DNA from: an uncultured delta proteobacterium
Lineage (GTDB): Bacteria; Desulfobacterota; RBG-13-43-22
Reading direction: 5' to 3'
Assembly: GCA_963790475.1 (NCBI GenBank)
Contig: CAWBOS010000010.1
Location: 448,001 to 512,000, forward strand
DNA: 64,000 nt
Part shown: piece by piece, positions 10,032 through 19,985 of the stretch
How positions within the stretch are numbered: position 1 is the first letter of the stretch
Layout: each line of letters opens with the position of its first letter
The notes under the pieces: model-generated
What the model saw: the letters and a program-made list of their open reading frames with translations, nothing else
Told to the model about the DNA's origin: nothing
Database searches by the model: none
Made by a program: the position numbers and the translations under genes

Positions 10032-10667
10032 ATGCGCATACCAATCGCCTCTCAAGGGTATCCATTTATCGCCATTGGACTGTTCGGGGTTGCCCTTTTT
10101 CTGTGGTTGGACTTCAGGGTGGGTTGGGGGTTATTCGTATTGGTAACCCTGTTCCTCATTTCTTTTTTTCGGGATCCTGAACGGCAGGCCCCTCAAGATG
10201 AAAAAGCGGTATTAGCTCCTGCCGATGGCCGGATCCTGCTCATTGAGGAAAAGGAGATGACCCCTTTCTCCACCGGGCAGGCGATAAAAATCAGTATTTT
10301 TATGTCGATTTTCAACTGTCATGTTAACCGGATCCCCAAGAGCGGAAAAATAGAAAAAATTTTGTATCGGGCCGGGAAATTTTTCTCGGCCAACCAAGAC
10401 CGGGCTTCGGCCCAAAACGAACAAAATGCCGTGCTGCTGCGCACCGCGGAAGGTCAGGAGATCTGTTTTGTGCAGGTGGCCGGTTTGATTGCCCGCCGGA
10501 TTGTCTGTTGGGTCAAGCCGGGGGAAACGATTAAACGAGGAGAACGATTCGGATTGATCCGTTTTGGTTCGCGGGTGGATCTTTTTTTGCCGGCCTCGAC
10601 CAGGATTCGCATTCAGCGGGGAGACAAAGTGAAAGCCGGGCTGACCATTATAGGAGAATTACCATGA
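10032..10667 (+). CDS. psd: Phosphatidylserine decarboxylase
   Basis: FFRDPER, APADG, HVNR, FGLIRFGSRVD. Confidence 0.93.
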   Translation: MRIPIASQGYPFIAIGLFGVALFLWLDFRVGWGLFVLVTLFLISFFRDPERQAPQDEKAVLAPADGRILLIEEKEMTPFSTGQAIKISIFMSIFNCHVNRIPKSGKIEKILYRAGKFFSANQDRASAQNEQNAVLLRTAEGQEICFVQVAGLIARRIVCWVKPGETIKRGERFGLIRFGSRVDLFLPASTRIRIQRGDKVKAGLTIIGELP

Positions 10668-11431
10668 GAATCAAAAATCGAAGGAATAAAAATCGGGAGG
10701 ATCGGAGAAGAGGCATCTATGTTCTTCCCAATCTGGTGACTACCGCCAGTCTCTTCTGCGGTTTTTATGCCATCATTGCCGCCATTTCCGGTAATTTTTA
10801 CCATGCCGCCCTTTCGATCCTTATTGCTGCGGTTCTGGACGGGCTGGACGGCCGTATTGCCCGTCTGACCCGGACGACCAGCGCCTTTGGGATTCAGTAC
10901 GATTCTTTATCCGATCTGATCGCCTTTGGCTTGGCCCCGGGAATTCTTGTTTTTTTATGGGCCTTAAAACCGTTCAACCGGTTCGGATGGATGGCCGCCT
11001 TTCTCTATGTGGTTTGCGGTGCTTTGCGCCTGGCTCGTTTTAATGTTCAAACCGGGCAAATAAACAATAAATCTTTCGTCGGCCTGCCCATTCCGGCTTC
11101 GGCCACTATCGTAGCTACCACCATTTTATTCATCTACCAGATCGGCGGGACGGGGTCGACCGGGTACTTGGCGGTGTTGATTTTGATTTATATTCTTTCT
11201 TTTCTGATGGTCAGTAATATTCCCTATCCCAGTTTTAAGGGAATGAAATTAGGGGAACGGCGATCATTCAACTTCCTGGTGGCCGTGGTGCTGGTATTTG
11301 TTCTGGTGGCCCTGGAACCCTTTGTTATGTTATCCGTGGGAATATTGGGATATGTGCTGTCGGGTCCGGTCTTGGCCTTGTACCGGTTAAAAAAGAAGCC
11401 GGTGCCGGAAGCGGTGGAAAAGCTGGTCTGA
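10664..11431 (+). CDS. pssA: CDP-diacylglycerol--serine O-phosphatidyltransferase
   Basis: LPNLVT, DGLDGRIAR...FG..YDSLSD, LRLARFN. Confidence 0.93.
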   Translation: MRIKNRRNKNREDRRRGIYVLPNLVTTASLFCGFYAIIAAISGNFYHAALSILIAAVLDGLDGRIARLTRTTSAFGIQYDSLSDLIAFGLAPGILVFLWALKPFNRFGWMAAFLYVVCGALRLARFNVQTGQINNKSFVGLPIPASATIVATTILFIYQIGGTGSTGYLAVLILIYILSFLMVSNIPYPSFKGMKLGERRSFNFLVAVVLVFVLVALEPFVMLSVGILGYVLSGPVLALYRLKKKPVPEAVEKLV

Positions 11432-11516
11432 AGAATAGCTGAAAGCTAAAAGCAATCTCTTTCTTGCTTGGATTTTGAATAAAGAATAAATTAAGAAGAT
11501 AAGGAAATAAAAAAGT

Positions 11517-13058
11517 ATGGCCGATCGAATCATTGTTTTCGACACAACATTAAGGGACGGAGAACAATCCCCCGGGGCCAGTATGAATAAGGCTGAAAAA
11601 CTGCGCCTGGCCCGACAATTGGAAAAATTGAAGGTCGATGTCATCGAGGCCGGTTTTCCGATCACCTCTCAGGGAGATTTTGAGGCGGTATCCTTGATCT
11701 CCAAAGAGGTCCGGGGACTAACTGTTGCCGCCCTGGCCAGGGCGGACAAGGTGGATATCGACCGGGCCTGGGAGGCCGTAAAAGATGCGGCCAGTCCGCG
11801 GATACATATTGTTATCGCCACCTCGGATTTGCACCTAAAATATAAATTGCGTAAAACCCGGCGAGAGGTTCTGGAGATCATCCAAAGGGCCGTTTCTCAC
11901 GCCCATCGCTATACCACGAATATTGAATTTTCCACCGAAGACGGTTCCCGTACCGATCCTGAATATCTGGCTCGGGCGGCCCAAACAGCGATCAAGGCCG
12001 GGGCCACGACCATCAATATTCCCGATACCGTGGGCTATGCCTTGCCTGAAGAATTCGGGGAATTGATTCGGATTGTTAGAGAAAAGGTATCAGCCGATGA
12101 CCGGGTGGTCTGGAGTGTGCATTGTCATAATGATCTGGGGTTGGCCGTGGCCAATTCTTTAGCGGCCATTCACAATGGGGCCCGCCAGGTGGAAGTGACC
12201 GTCAACGGGATCGGAGAAAGGGCGGGTAATACCTCTTTGGAAGAATTAGTCATGGCCCTGCATACCCGGAAGGATCTGATGCCCTACTCGACCAGGATTG
12301 AAAAAAGGCAGATTTATTCCACCAGCCGGTTGGTCAGCCGCATCACCGGTCTGGTCATTCCCGTCAATAAGGCCGTAGTCGGGGCCAATGCCTTTTCTCA
12401 CGAATCCGGGATCCATCAGGACGGCGTACTCAAAAAGAGGTCGACCTATGAAATATTGACCCCGCAGGATATCGGTCTGGACAAAAGCATCCTGGTTCTG
12501 GGGAAACATTCCGGCCGTCATGCTTTTCAAGAGCGGTTGAAGGAACTGGGTTATGAGTTAAACCCGGGAGATATGCAAAAGGTCTTTGATCGCTTCAAGG
12601 AACTGGCCGACAAGAAAAAGGAAGTGGTCAACGAAGACATTGAGGCCCTGATCGCCGATGAAATCCTGATGATCCCGGATGTCTTTAAACTGGTTTATTT
12701 GAGCGTCATCAGCGGTAATATGGCTGTGCCCACCGCTACCGTGAAGATAGAGGTCAACGGGGATATCATCCAGAAAGCCGGTTTCGGGGTGGGCCCTATT
12801 GATGCCACGTTCAATACCATCAATAAGATCGTCCAGACCTGCACCAAGGCTTGCAAGCTGGTCAGTTTTTCGGTCAACGCCATCACCGGCGGCATGGACG
12901 CCCAGGGCCAGGTTAATGTTCGGGTGGAGCGAGACGGCAAGGTCATCTTGGGTAAAGGGTCGGATTCCGATATCATCACCGCCAGCGCCAAGGCCTATCT
13001 GAATGCCCTGAACCGCTTGGAATATTTGAAGAAGAATCCCATTAAAAAACTTTCATAA
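11517..13058 (+). CDS. leuA: 2-isopropylmalate synthase
   Basis: DTTLRDGEQ, HCHNDLG, GERAGN, HESGIHQDG. Confidence 0.95.
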   Translation: MADRIIVFDTTLRDGEQSPGASMNKAEKLRLARQLEKLKVDVIEAGFPITSQGDFEAVSLISKEVRGLTVAALARADKVDIDRAWEAVKDAASPRIHIVIATSDLHLKYKLRKTRREVLEIIQRAVSHAHRYTTNIEFSTEDGSRTDPEYLARAAQTAIKAGATTINIPDTVGYALPEEFGELIRIVREKVSADDRVVWSVHCHNDLGLAVANSLAAIHNGARQVEVTVNGIGERAGNTSLEELVMALHTRKDLMPYSTRIEKRQIYSTSRLVSRITGLVIPVNKAVVGANAFSHESGIHQDGVLKKRSTYEILTPQDIGLDKSILVLGKHSGRHAFQERLKELGYELNPGDMQKVFDRFKELADKKKEVVNEDIEALIADEILMIPDVFKLVYLSVISGNMAVPTATVKIEVNGDIIQKAGFGVGPIDATFNTINKIVQTCTKACKLVSFSVNAITGGMDAQGQVNVRVERDGKVILGKGSDSDIITASAKAYLNALNRLEYLKKNPIKKLS

Positions 13059-13062
13059 AAAA

Positions 13063-13143
13063 AGAATCCAGAATTCGGAAGTCAGAATTCAGAAGGGGTG
13101 TCGTAGGATTAATTCTGTGCTCTGACTCCTGGCTCCTGAATTC
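13063..13143. repeat. Inverted pair of 7-nt tandem repeats (family C, AGAATYC/TCTGRCT)
   Basis: agaatcc agaattc ggaagtc agaattc ... tctgact cctggct cctgaat. Confidence 0.7.
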
Positions 13144-13158
13144 CAAAAGGTGTTAAGA

Positions 13159-14436
13159 ATGCCTCAAACCATCACAGAAAAAATTTTAGCGGCTCATGCC
13201 GGGGTGAAAACGGTCCATCCGGGTCAATTGATTGAAGCATCGGTGGACCTGGCTCTGGCCAATGATATCACCGCTCCCATCGCAATAGACGTTTTTTATG
13301 AAGCCGGGGGTAAAAAGGTCTTTGACCCGAAAAAAGTGGTCCTGGTTCCCGATCATTTTGTCCCCAATAAGGATATCGCTGCGGCTGAACAATGCCGAAA
13401 AATGCGTCTTTTTGCCCGGGAGCAAAAACTGACCCATTATTTTGAGTTAGGTGAGATGGGCATCGAACACGCCCTGCTTCCGGAGAAAGGACTGGTCCTG
13501 CCTGGTGATCTGGTGATCGGGGCGGACAGCCATACCTGCACCTATGGGGCCTTGGGGGCCTTTGCCAGCGGCGTGGGGAGCACCGACCTGGGAGCGGCCA
13601 TGATCACCGGCCGGACCTGGCTCAAGATTCCGGAGACTATAAAACTGGTTTATCAGGGAAAACTTAAGCCCTGGGTCTCCGGCAAAGACCTGATCCTCTA
13701 TACCATCGGGGACCTGGGTGTGGATGGGGCCCGTTACCAGGCCATGGAATTCACCGGGCCCGCTTTGGCCCAATTATCCATGGCCGATCGGTTCACCATG
13801 GCCAATATGGCCATTGAGGCCGGTGCCAAAAATGGTATCTTCGAGCCCGATGATATAACACGGGCCTACGTGCAGGAACGCTCGAGGAAAAAAGGAAAGA
13901 TTTATCATTCCGATCCGGGGGCTGAATACAAGGAGATCAGGCAATATGATCTGGGAGAAATCGAACCCCAGGTGGCCTTCCCTCATTTGCCGGAGAATGC
14001 CCGACCTATATCCAAGGTAGGAAAAGTTTTCATCGATCAGGCGGTGATCGGGTCCTGTACCAACGGTCGATTGGAAGACTTGCGGATCGCGGCCAGGTGC
14101 TTAAAGGCCGGAAAATAGCCAAGGGAGTCCGGCTTGATCATTATCCCGGCCACGCCCTGGATTTATCGGCAGGCCATGGCCGAGGGATTATTTGATATCT
14201 TCCTGGAAGCCGGGGGGGTGATCAGCACCCCGACCTGTGGTCCTTGTCTGGGCGGGTATATGGGAATTCTGGCTCAAGGGGAGCGGGCCATTGCTACCAC
14301 CAACCGGAATTTTGTCGGCCGTATGGGTCATCCGGGAAGTGAGGTCTATCTGGCCGGCCCGGCCATTACCGCCGCCTCGGCCATTCTGGGGGTTATCGGT
14401 CCGGTGGAGGCCCTGCCCAAGAAAAAGAAAAAATAA
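13159..14436 (+). CDS. leuC: 3-isopropylmalate dehydratase large subunit (frameshift at ~14112)
   Basis: [10 protein letters not shown] and IGSCTNGR in the first frame; CGPCLG and [11 protein letters not shown] in the next; the break is in a short A-run. Confidence 0.92.
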
Positions 14437-14443
14437 TTTTTTG

Positions 14444-14633
14444 TTCACCGCAAAGTCGCAAAGGACGCAAAGGAAATCTTTTTTGTTCAATCCCGTGAGC
14501 GGCGGGATTGAAAAATGTTTTCCGGCCTCCGCGAAGTAATTACCCGGAGGGTAGCGAAGCTTTGTGTTTGTCCTGCAGAAAGCGGGACAAACACAATTTA
14601 TCCCCTTTGCGCTCTTTGCGCCTTTGCGGTGAA
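14444..14633 (-). repeat. Family A structured element, full copy (190 bp)
   Basis: TTCACCGCAAAG...CTTTGCGGTGAA ends; internal hairpin TTCAATCCCG-loop-CGGGATTGAA. Confidence 0.85.
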
Positions 14634-14657
14634 AACATTTACTTGAAGAGGTAAGAA

Positions 14658-15185
14658 ATGAAATATAAGGGAAAGGCCTGGAAATTCGGAGACCATGTTG
14701 ACACCGATGTGATCATACCGGCACGATATCTGACCACTTCGGATCCCAAAGAATTAGGAAGGCATTGTATGGAGGATGCCGATCCTGACTTTGTAAAGAA
14801 GATCCAGAAGGGAGACATTATTGTGGCCGGAAGAAATTTCGGCAGCGGTTCTTCCAGGGAACATGCCCCGATAGCCATTAAGGCGGCGGGTATTTCCTGC
14901 GTTATTGCGGAAAGTTTCGCCCGGATTTTTTATCGCAACGCCATTAATATGGGACTCCCGATATTTGAATCTCCGGAGGCCTCTCAAATGATCAAAGCGG
15001 GGGATATCGTGTCGGTCAATGCCCAAACCGGGGTCATTGAAGATCGAACCCTGAAGAAAAAATTCCAGGCCGAGCCGATCCCGCCTTTTATGCAGGAATT
15101 AATTCATGATGGGGGCTTGATAAAACACATAAAAAAAGGCATGAGGCTTGAGGGGAGAGGCAAAAGGAGAAAGGTAAAAGGTTAA
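14658..15185 (+). CDS. leuD: 3-isopropylmalate dehydratase small subunit
   Basis: [32 protein letters not shown]. Confidence 0.95.
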   Translation: MKYKGKAWKFGDHVDTDVIIPARYLTTSDPKELGRHCMEDADPDFVKKIQKGDIIVAGRNFGSGSSREHAPIAIKAAGISCVIAESFARIFYRNAINMGLPIFESPEASQMIKAGDIVSVNAQTGVIEDRTLKKKFQAEPIPPFMQELIHDGGLIKHIKKGMRLEGRGKRRKVKG

Positions 15186-15196
15186 AGAGAAAAACG

Positions 15197-16255
15197 ATGA
15201 AAAAAACTTTTAAGATTGCAGTCATTCCGGGAGACGGCACCGGACCGGAAGTGGTAGCCGAAGGCCTGAAGGTGCTCAAGGCTGTGGAACAAAAAGGGGA
15301 AGGCTCTTTTACAATTATCCCTTTTGATTTAGGTGGGGAACGTTATTTGAAGACCGGCGACATTCTGCCGGATGCCGAATTGAGCAAGCTGAAAAAGATG
15401 GATGCCATTTATCTGGGGGCCATCGGCCATCCGGAGGTGAAACCGGGTATCCTGGAAAAAGGTTTGCTGCTGAAACTACGGTTTGATCTGGATCAATATA
15501 TCAATTTGAGGCCGGTTATCCTTTATCCCGGAGTGGAAACCCCTTTAAGAAATAAAAGGCCGGAGGATATCGATTTTATCGTCATCCGGGAGAACACGGA
15601 AGGCCTTTATGCCGGGGCCGGGGGCTTTCTGAAAAAAGGGACGGCCGATGAAGTGGCCATTCAGGAATCCATCAATACCCGCAAAGGGGTGGAACGCTGT
15701 ATCCGCTATGCCTTTGAACTTTGTCAAAAGAGGAACAGGAAACGCAAACTAACCTTGTGCGGAAAGACCAATGTCCTGACTTTTGCTTCTGATCTCTGGG
15801 AGCGGGTTTTTCATGAGCTGGCCCGAGAATATCCCCAGGTCACCATCGATTATGCCAATGTGGACGCGGTCTGCATGTGGATGGTCAAGAATCCGGAATG
15901 GTTTGATGTGATTGTCACCGATAATTTATTCGGAGATATTATCACCGATCTGGGGGCCATGATCCAGGGGGGCATGGGCATTGCCGCCGGGGGGAATATC
16001 AATCCTCAGGGGGTTTCCATGTTTGAGCCGATCGGCGGCTCGGCCCCTAAATATACAGGGAAAAATATCATCAATCCCCTGGCGGCCATCGGGGCCGTTC
16101 AAATGATGATGGTTCATCTGGGATTGGAACAGGCCGCCGGGCGGGTGGAAAAAGCCATTCGGGCGGTGGTCAAAAATGACATCAAAGACCTGACCGCCGG
16201 TAAGATGGGGTATACGACGCAGGAGGTCGGGGATTTGGTGGTATCCTATTTATAA
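15197..16255 (+). CDS. leuB: 3-isopropylmalate dehydrogenase
   Basis: [35 protein letters not shown]; operon context. Confidence 0.92.
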   Translation: MKKTFKIAVIPGDGTGPEVVAEGLKVLKAVEQKGEGSFTIIPFDLGGERYLKTGDILPDAELSKLKKMDAIYLGAIGHPEVKPGILEKGLLLKLRFDLDQYINLRPVILYPGVETPLRNKRPEDIDFIVIRENTEGLYAGAGGFLKKGTADEVAIQESINTRKGVERCIRYAFELCQKRNRKRKLTLCGKTNVLTFASDLWERVFHELAREYPQVTIDYANVDAVCMWMVKNPEWFDVIVTDNLFGDIITDLGAMIQGGMGIAAGGNINPQGVSMFEPIGGSAPKYTGKNIINPLAAIGAVQMMMVHLGLEQAAGRVEKAIRAVVKNDIKDLTAGKMGYTTQEVGDLVVSYL

Positions 16256-16278
16256 CAGGTATCAAGAATAAAGATAAC

Positions 16279-16336
16279 CGTTCGTCGTTTTCGTTCGTCG
16301 TTCGTCGATGAACACCGAACGCTGAACGCCTAACGG
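16279..16336. repeat. Inverted pair of 7-nt tandem repeats (family C, CGTTCGT/AACGCNN)
   Basis: cgttcgt cgtttt cgttcgt cgttcgt ... aacaccg aacgctg aacgcct aacg. Confidence 0.65.
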
Positions 16337-16355
16337 AATCCAAGGAAGGTGCCTA

Positions 16356-17363
16356 ATGAGCAGAACATGGAATGTGGCGGTGGCCGGGGCCACTGGTGCG
16401 GTGGGGAATCAGATGATCCGTTGCCTGGAAGAAAGAAATTTCCCCATTAAGAATATTAGATTTTTGGCTTCGGCCCGTTCGGTAGGTAAGACCCTCCCTT
16501 TTAAGGGCCAGCCGGTTGCGGTTGAAGAATTGAAGGAAGATTCATTTAAAGGAATGGAAATAGCCTTATTTTCCGCCGGGGCTTCGACCAGTCTGAAATT
16601 CGCTCCCTTGGCGGCCCAGGCCGGCTGTGTGGTGATTGATAATTCCAGCGCTTTCCGAATGGATCCCAAGATCCCTTTGGTGGTGCCGGAATGCAATCCC
16701 CATCGCATCGTCGCCGGCCCGGGGATCATTGCCAATCCGAATTGTTCGACCATCCAGATGGTGGTGGCCCTGAAACCGATTCATGAGCAGGTCCGGATCA
16801 AACGGATTATTGTTTCCACCTATCAGGCGGTATCCGGGACCGGACAGAAGGCGATTTTTGAACTCAGGAACCAGATCGCGGATTTGGCGGCGGGCAAGGA
16901 ACCGGAAATAAAGGTTTATCCGTATCAAATTGCCTATAATTGCCTCCCGCACATCGATGTCTTTCTGGAAAACGATTATACCAAGGAAGAGATGAAGATG
17001 GTCAATGAAACCCGTAAGATTTTGGAGGATGATTCTATCCGGATTTCGGCGACAACGGTTCGGGTGCCGGTATATTACGGCCATTCGGAAGCGGTTTATA
17101 TTGAAACCGACAAAAAGATCACCCCTCAGGAAGTCAAAGACCTCCTTCGAACCGCACCGGGAGTGGTGGTCATGGACGATGTGGCCAACAAGATATACCC
17201 GACCGCTTTGGTGTCCGAGGGAAAAGACGATGTCTTTGTCGGCCGTATCCGGGAGGATATTTCCCATGAAAAGGGAATCGTCCTATGGGTGGTGTCCGAC
17301 AATATCCGTAAGGGCGCGGCCACCAATGCGGTTCAGATTGCTGAAATCTGGGCTCAGAGATAG
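16356..17363 (+). CDS. asd: Aspartate-semialdehyde dehydrogenase
   Basis: GATGAVG, IANPNCSTIQ, YQAVSG, DNIRKGAATNAVQIAE. Confidence 0.96.
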   Translation: MSRTWNVAVAGATGAVGNQMIRCLEERNFPIKNIRFLASARSVGKTLPFKGQPVAVEELKEDSFKGMEIALFSAGASTSLKFAPLAAQAGCVVIDNSSAFRMDPKIPLVVPECNPHRIVAGPGIIANPNCSTIQMVVALKPIHEQVRIKRIIVSTYQAVSGTGQKAIFELRNQIADLAAGKEPEIKVYPYQIAYNCLPHIDVFLENDYTKEEMKMVNETRKILEDDSIRISATTVRVPVYYGHSEAVYIETDKKITPQEVKDLLRTAPGVVVMDDVANKIYPTALVSEGKDDVFVGRIREDISHEKGIVLWVVSDNIRKGAATNAVQIAEIWAQR

Positions 17364-17409
17364 AGAAAGAAGGTGACGGGTTTCGGGTGGCGAGTGAGGG
17401 GTTAACAAT

Positions 17410-17540
17410 GATGAACTCGAAAAAAATCGTCACTCCGGTGAAAACCGGGGTCCAGAGGTTTTTATGTGGTAAAATTTCCTGGATTCCGACTTTCGTCGGA
17501 ATGACGAAAATGGACTGAAGCAATTTATTCTAAGTCCATT
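17410..17540. repeat. Family B REP-like doublet in a MITE-like shell, nested in a family C heptamer pair (17371-17401/17570-17587)
   Basis: CGTCACTCCGGTGAAAACCGGGGTCCAG ... CTGGATTCCGACTTTCGTCGGAATGACG; outer GATGAACTCG end. Confidence 0.75.
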
Positions 17541-17603
17541 GAAAATGAAAAAGAAAAAGGATTTACCTTCTCGTCACCCGTTACTCTTCTCTATTTACTT
17601 TTT

Positions 17604-18173
17604 ATGCGGATCATTGCCGGGCAATGCAAAGGGCATCATTTAGCTCCCCTGAAGGGTGGGAAGACCAGACCGACGCAAGATCGGGTCAGGGAATCGATAT
17701 TCAATATCCTGGAGTCCTACGGTCCTTTTCTTAAGGTGGTCGATCTATTTGCCGGCAGCGGGGCCTTAGGTTTGGAGGCCATGAGCCGTTGGGGGGGAAC
17801 GGCCGTTTTTGTCGAATATGCCCGGCCGGCCATAGAGTGTCTCCGGGAAAATATCCGGCGTTTGAAAATGGAAGCCAGATCCCGATTGATCCAGCGGGAC
17901 CTGGGGCGCGGAGTTCATTTTCTGGTAAAAAGCGGCGCTCCTTTTGACCTTATCTTTATGGATCCTCCTTATAGTCAAGGATGGTGTAATCTGGTTATTG
18001 GCCCGCTGTTAAGCCTTCCTGTGCTTAGTGAAACCGGGATTCTGGTTCTGGAACACGATTTAAAAGAACCTATACCCGAAAACGTGGGAGATTGGGGAAT
18101 AGGGGATCAACGTCGCTATGGACAGACCAGGGTTTCTTTTTACAAATTCATGAAAGGACAAAATTCACTATGA
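17604..18173 (+). CDS. rsmD: 16S rRNA (guanine966-N2)-methyltransferase
   Basis: MRIIAG..KG, RPTQDRVRESIFN, DLFAGSGALGLEA, DPPY. Confidence 0.93.
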   Translation: MRIIAGQCKGHHLAPLKGGKTRPTQDRVRESIFNILESYGPFLKVVDLFAGSGALGLEAMSRWGGTAVFVEYARPAIECLRENIRRLKMEARSRLIQRDLGRGVHFLVKSGAPFDLIFMDPPYSQGWCNLVIGPLLSLPVLSETGILVLEHDLKEPIPENVGDWGIGDQRRYGQTRVSFYKFMKGQNSL

Positions 18174-18743
18174 GTCGTGTGGCTGTTTATCCGGGTTCTT
18201 TTGATCCCATTACCAACGGGCACCTCAGTCTGCTTCGCCGGGGCCTTCAGATATTCGATAAAATAATTATAGCCATTGCCATCAATCCGGTGAAAAAACC
18301 TTTGTTTACCCTGGAGGAACGGGTCGATATCCTCAAAGGGGTCCTGAAGGATTATCCCCGGATTGAAATCGATCATTTCCAGGGTTTGTTGGTGGACTAT
18401 GTTCAAAGAAGGGAAACCAATATCGTCTCTGCGGGGCTTGAGGGCCTTATCGGATTTTGAGTATGAATTCCAGTATTCCCTGATAAATCGAAAATTGAAC
18501 CAAAAGGTTGAGATGGTTTTTATGATGACCGACTATAAATGGTTTTATATCAGTTCAACCATTATCAAGGAGGCCGCTTCGCTGGGAGGCAATATTGACG
18601 GACTGGTCCCGGAAATAGTCAACCAGCGCTTGAGGGAAAAATTCGGATTTCCCCCCAAGTCCCCGGCCAAGAACCATTTAAAGGTCGATAACGGGATAAA
18701 AAATTCCGGGCGAAATTCCAGGAAAAGGGAAATCTGGGGGTAA
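18170..18743 (+). CDS. coaD: Phosphopantetheine adenylyltransferase (frameshift at ~18428)
   Basis: YPGSFDPITNGH in one frame; RGLRALSDFEYE...ISSTIIKE in the next. Confidence 0.92.
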
Positions 18744-18807
18744 TATCGGTCTATTTTCTGTACAACTTATCGGTTAACTTTAACCCGAGGAAAGTTGGAT
18801 GAAAATC

Positions 18808-18848
18808 AAAAGGCTCTTCTCTCTTTTTGGGAGAAGGGCCTTTTTTTT
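18808..18848 (+). terminator. Rho-independent terminator
   Basis: AAAAGGCTCTTCTC-loop-GAGAAGGGCCTTTTTTTT. Confidence 0.75.
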
Positions 18849-19285
18849 AGCTTGCACCAAGACTGCTGAAGAGCTCAGGAAGCGGTCGGTTAGCAGAGGA
18901 CAACGATGGTCAATGCCCTAGATCCGGTTATGAAAGGCGACAAAAAGATCATCCCTGAATTTTTGTGGCTGGCCTGGATGGTTTCCTGGACAGCCTGGCA
19001 GCGACACTCAAGAGATTTTTCTCCAACAAAGGACCAACAAAGGAACGGTAGGAGATAAAAAGGGGGCTTAGTCATTTCGGCTTGCCTTGAATAAGGGGCG
19101 TTATTCATAGACGGAGGAGGGGGTAGAAATATAAGAAGTCTGGTCTGTCGAAGGGGGAGGATTCTTTATGAAAACCTATTCCCGGGAGAATAATTCCAAA
19201 AAGGGAAAAAACCAAAGGGTTTTTATGTAAATTGAATTTGGCGACCTCACAAGTCCGCAAAAAACATAGTCATACGATACAACGA

Positions 19286-19910
19286 GTCGAGTAGCCCGGG
19301 GGAATTTCACCCCCAGGCCCTCACAGGTCCGGACGTGACAGTCTCCCGTCCTCCGGCTCCTATCATCCAGTTGCCTTTTATGGCGACCTTTCCTTACCTC
19401 TTGGTTCCTCCCATCGCTGGTTGACCAAAAGGCAAGGACAGATGATCCAACCCCTTCGCTCCATCCCCATTACAGAGATTTCAACACTACTACGAGTTGG
19501 TCCGTCCCTGTGCCCCGCATCGGTACTCTCATTCCTGTTGGGTCCTCCACTTGAATTTCTCCCTTATCATCGGGACGACAGGTTCCCACGTTCCACACCA
19601 GAGCCTAAATCAGGTTCGCGCCACCTTTATGCCGGATGCCGCCCAAGCAGTAAACAGGTTCCCCCTGAACTTATCCTGGAGATCAGTAAGCCCCCCAGTT
19701 TTGACATCATCCATTCATTTCGACACCTCAGAAGTAGTTCGCTTGCGCTCGCCTCCCTGATCCTTACCTGACAGGGTCGTGGCCCTGCCTCTTCCTTAAC
19801 GCCCACCACCATGGCCCTTTACCATCGCAGCTTAAGGTGGTTTGAAGCCTGCTCCTGCAAGCCGACTTCGAGGGACCTCCCCTCATCTCTTGTGCAGCTT
19901 CGTGGCACAC
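19286..19910 (-). mobile_element. ORF-less group II intron (IIB, class D-like)
   Basis: 5' end GTGTGC at 19910; domain V GAGCCGGAGGACGGGAGACTGTCACGTCCGGACC; domain VI GGGGGTGAAATTCCCC..GCTACTCGAC; no RT ORF; the joined flanks match an empty site at 33353-33369. Confidence 0.9.
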
Positions 19911-19932
19911 TTATCGATTTGAAATATGCATT

Positions 19933-19962
19933 AAAAAAGCAGGGCCAAATGACCCTGCCTTT
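19933..19962 (-). terminator. Terminator-like hairpin after the PEP-CTERM gene (also part of a family D site)
   Basis: GCAGGGTC-ATTT-GGCCCTGC-TTTTTT; homolog at 33314-33343. Confidence 0.7.
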
Positions 19963-19985
19963 GAGGAAAGAGATGATTGATATAA

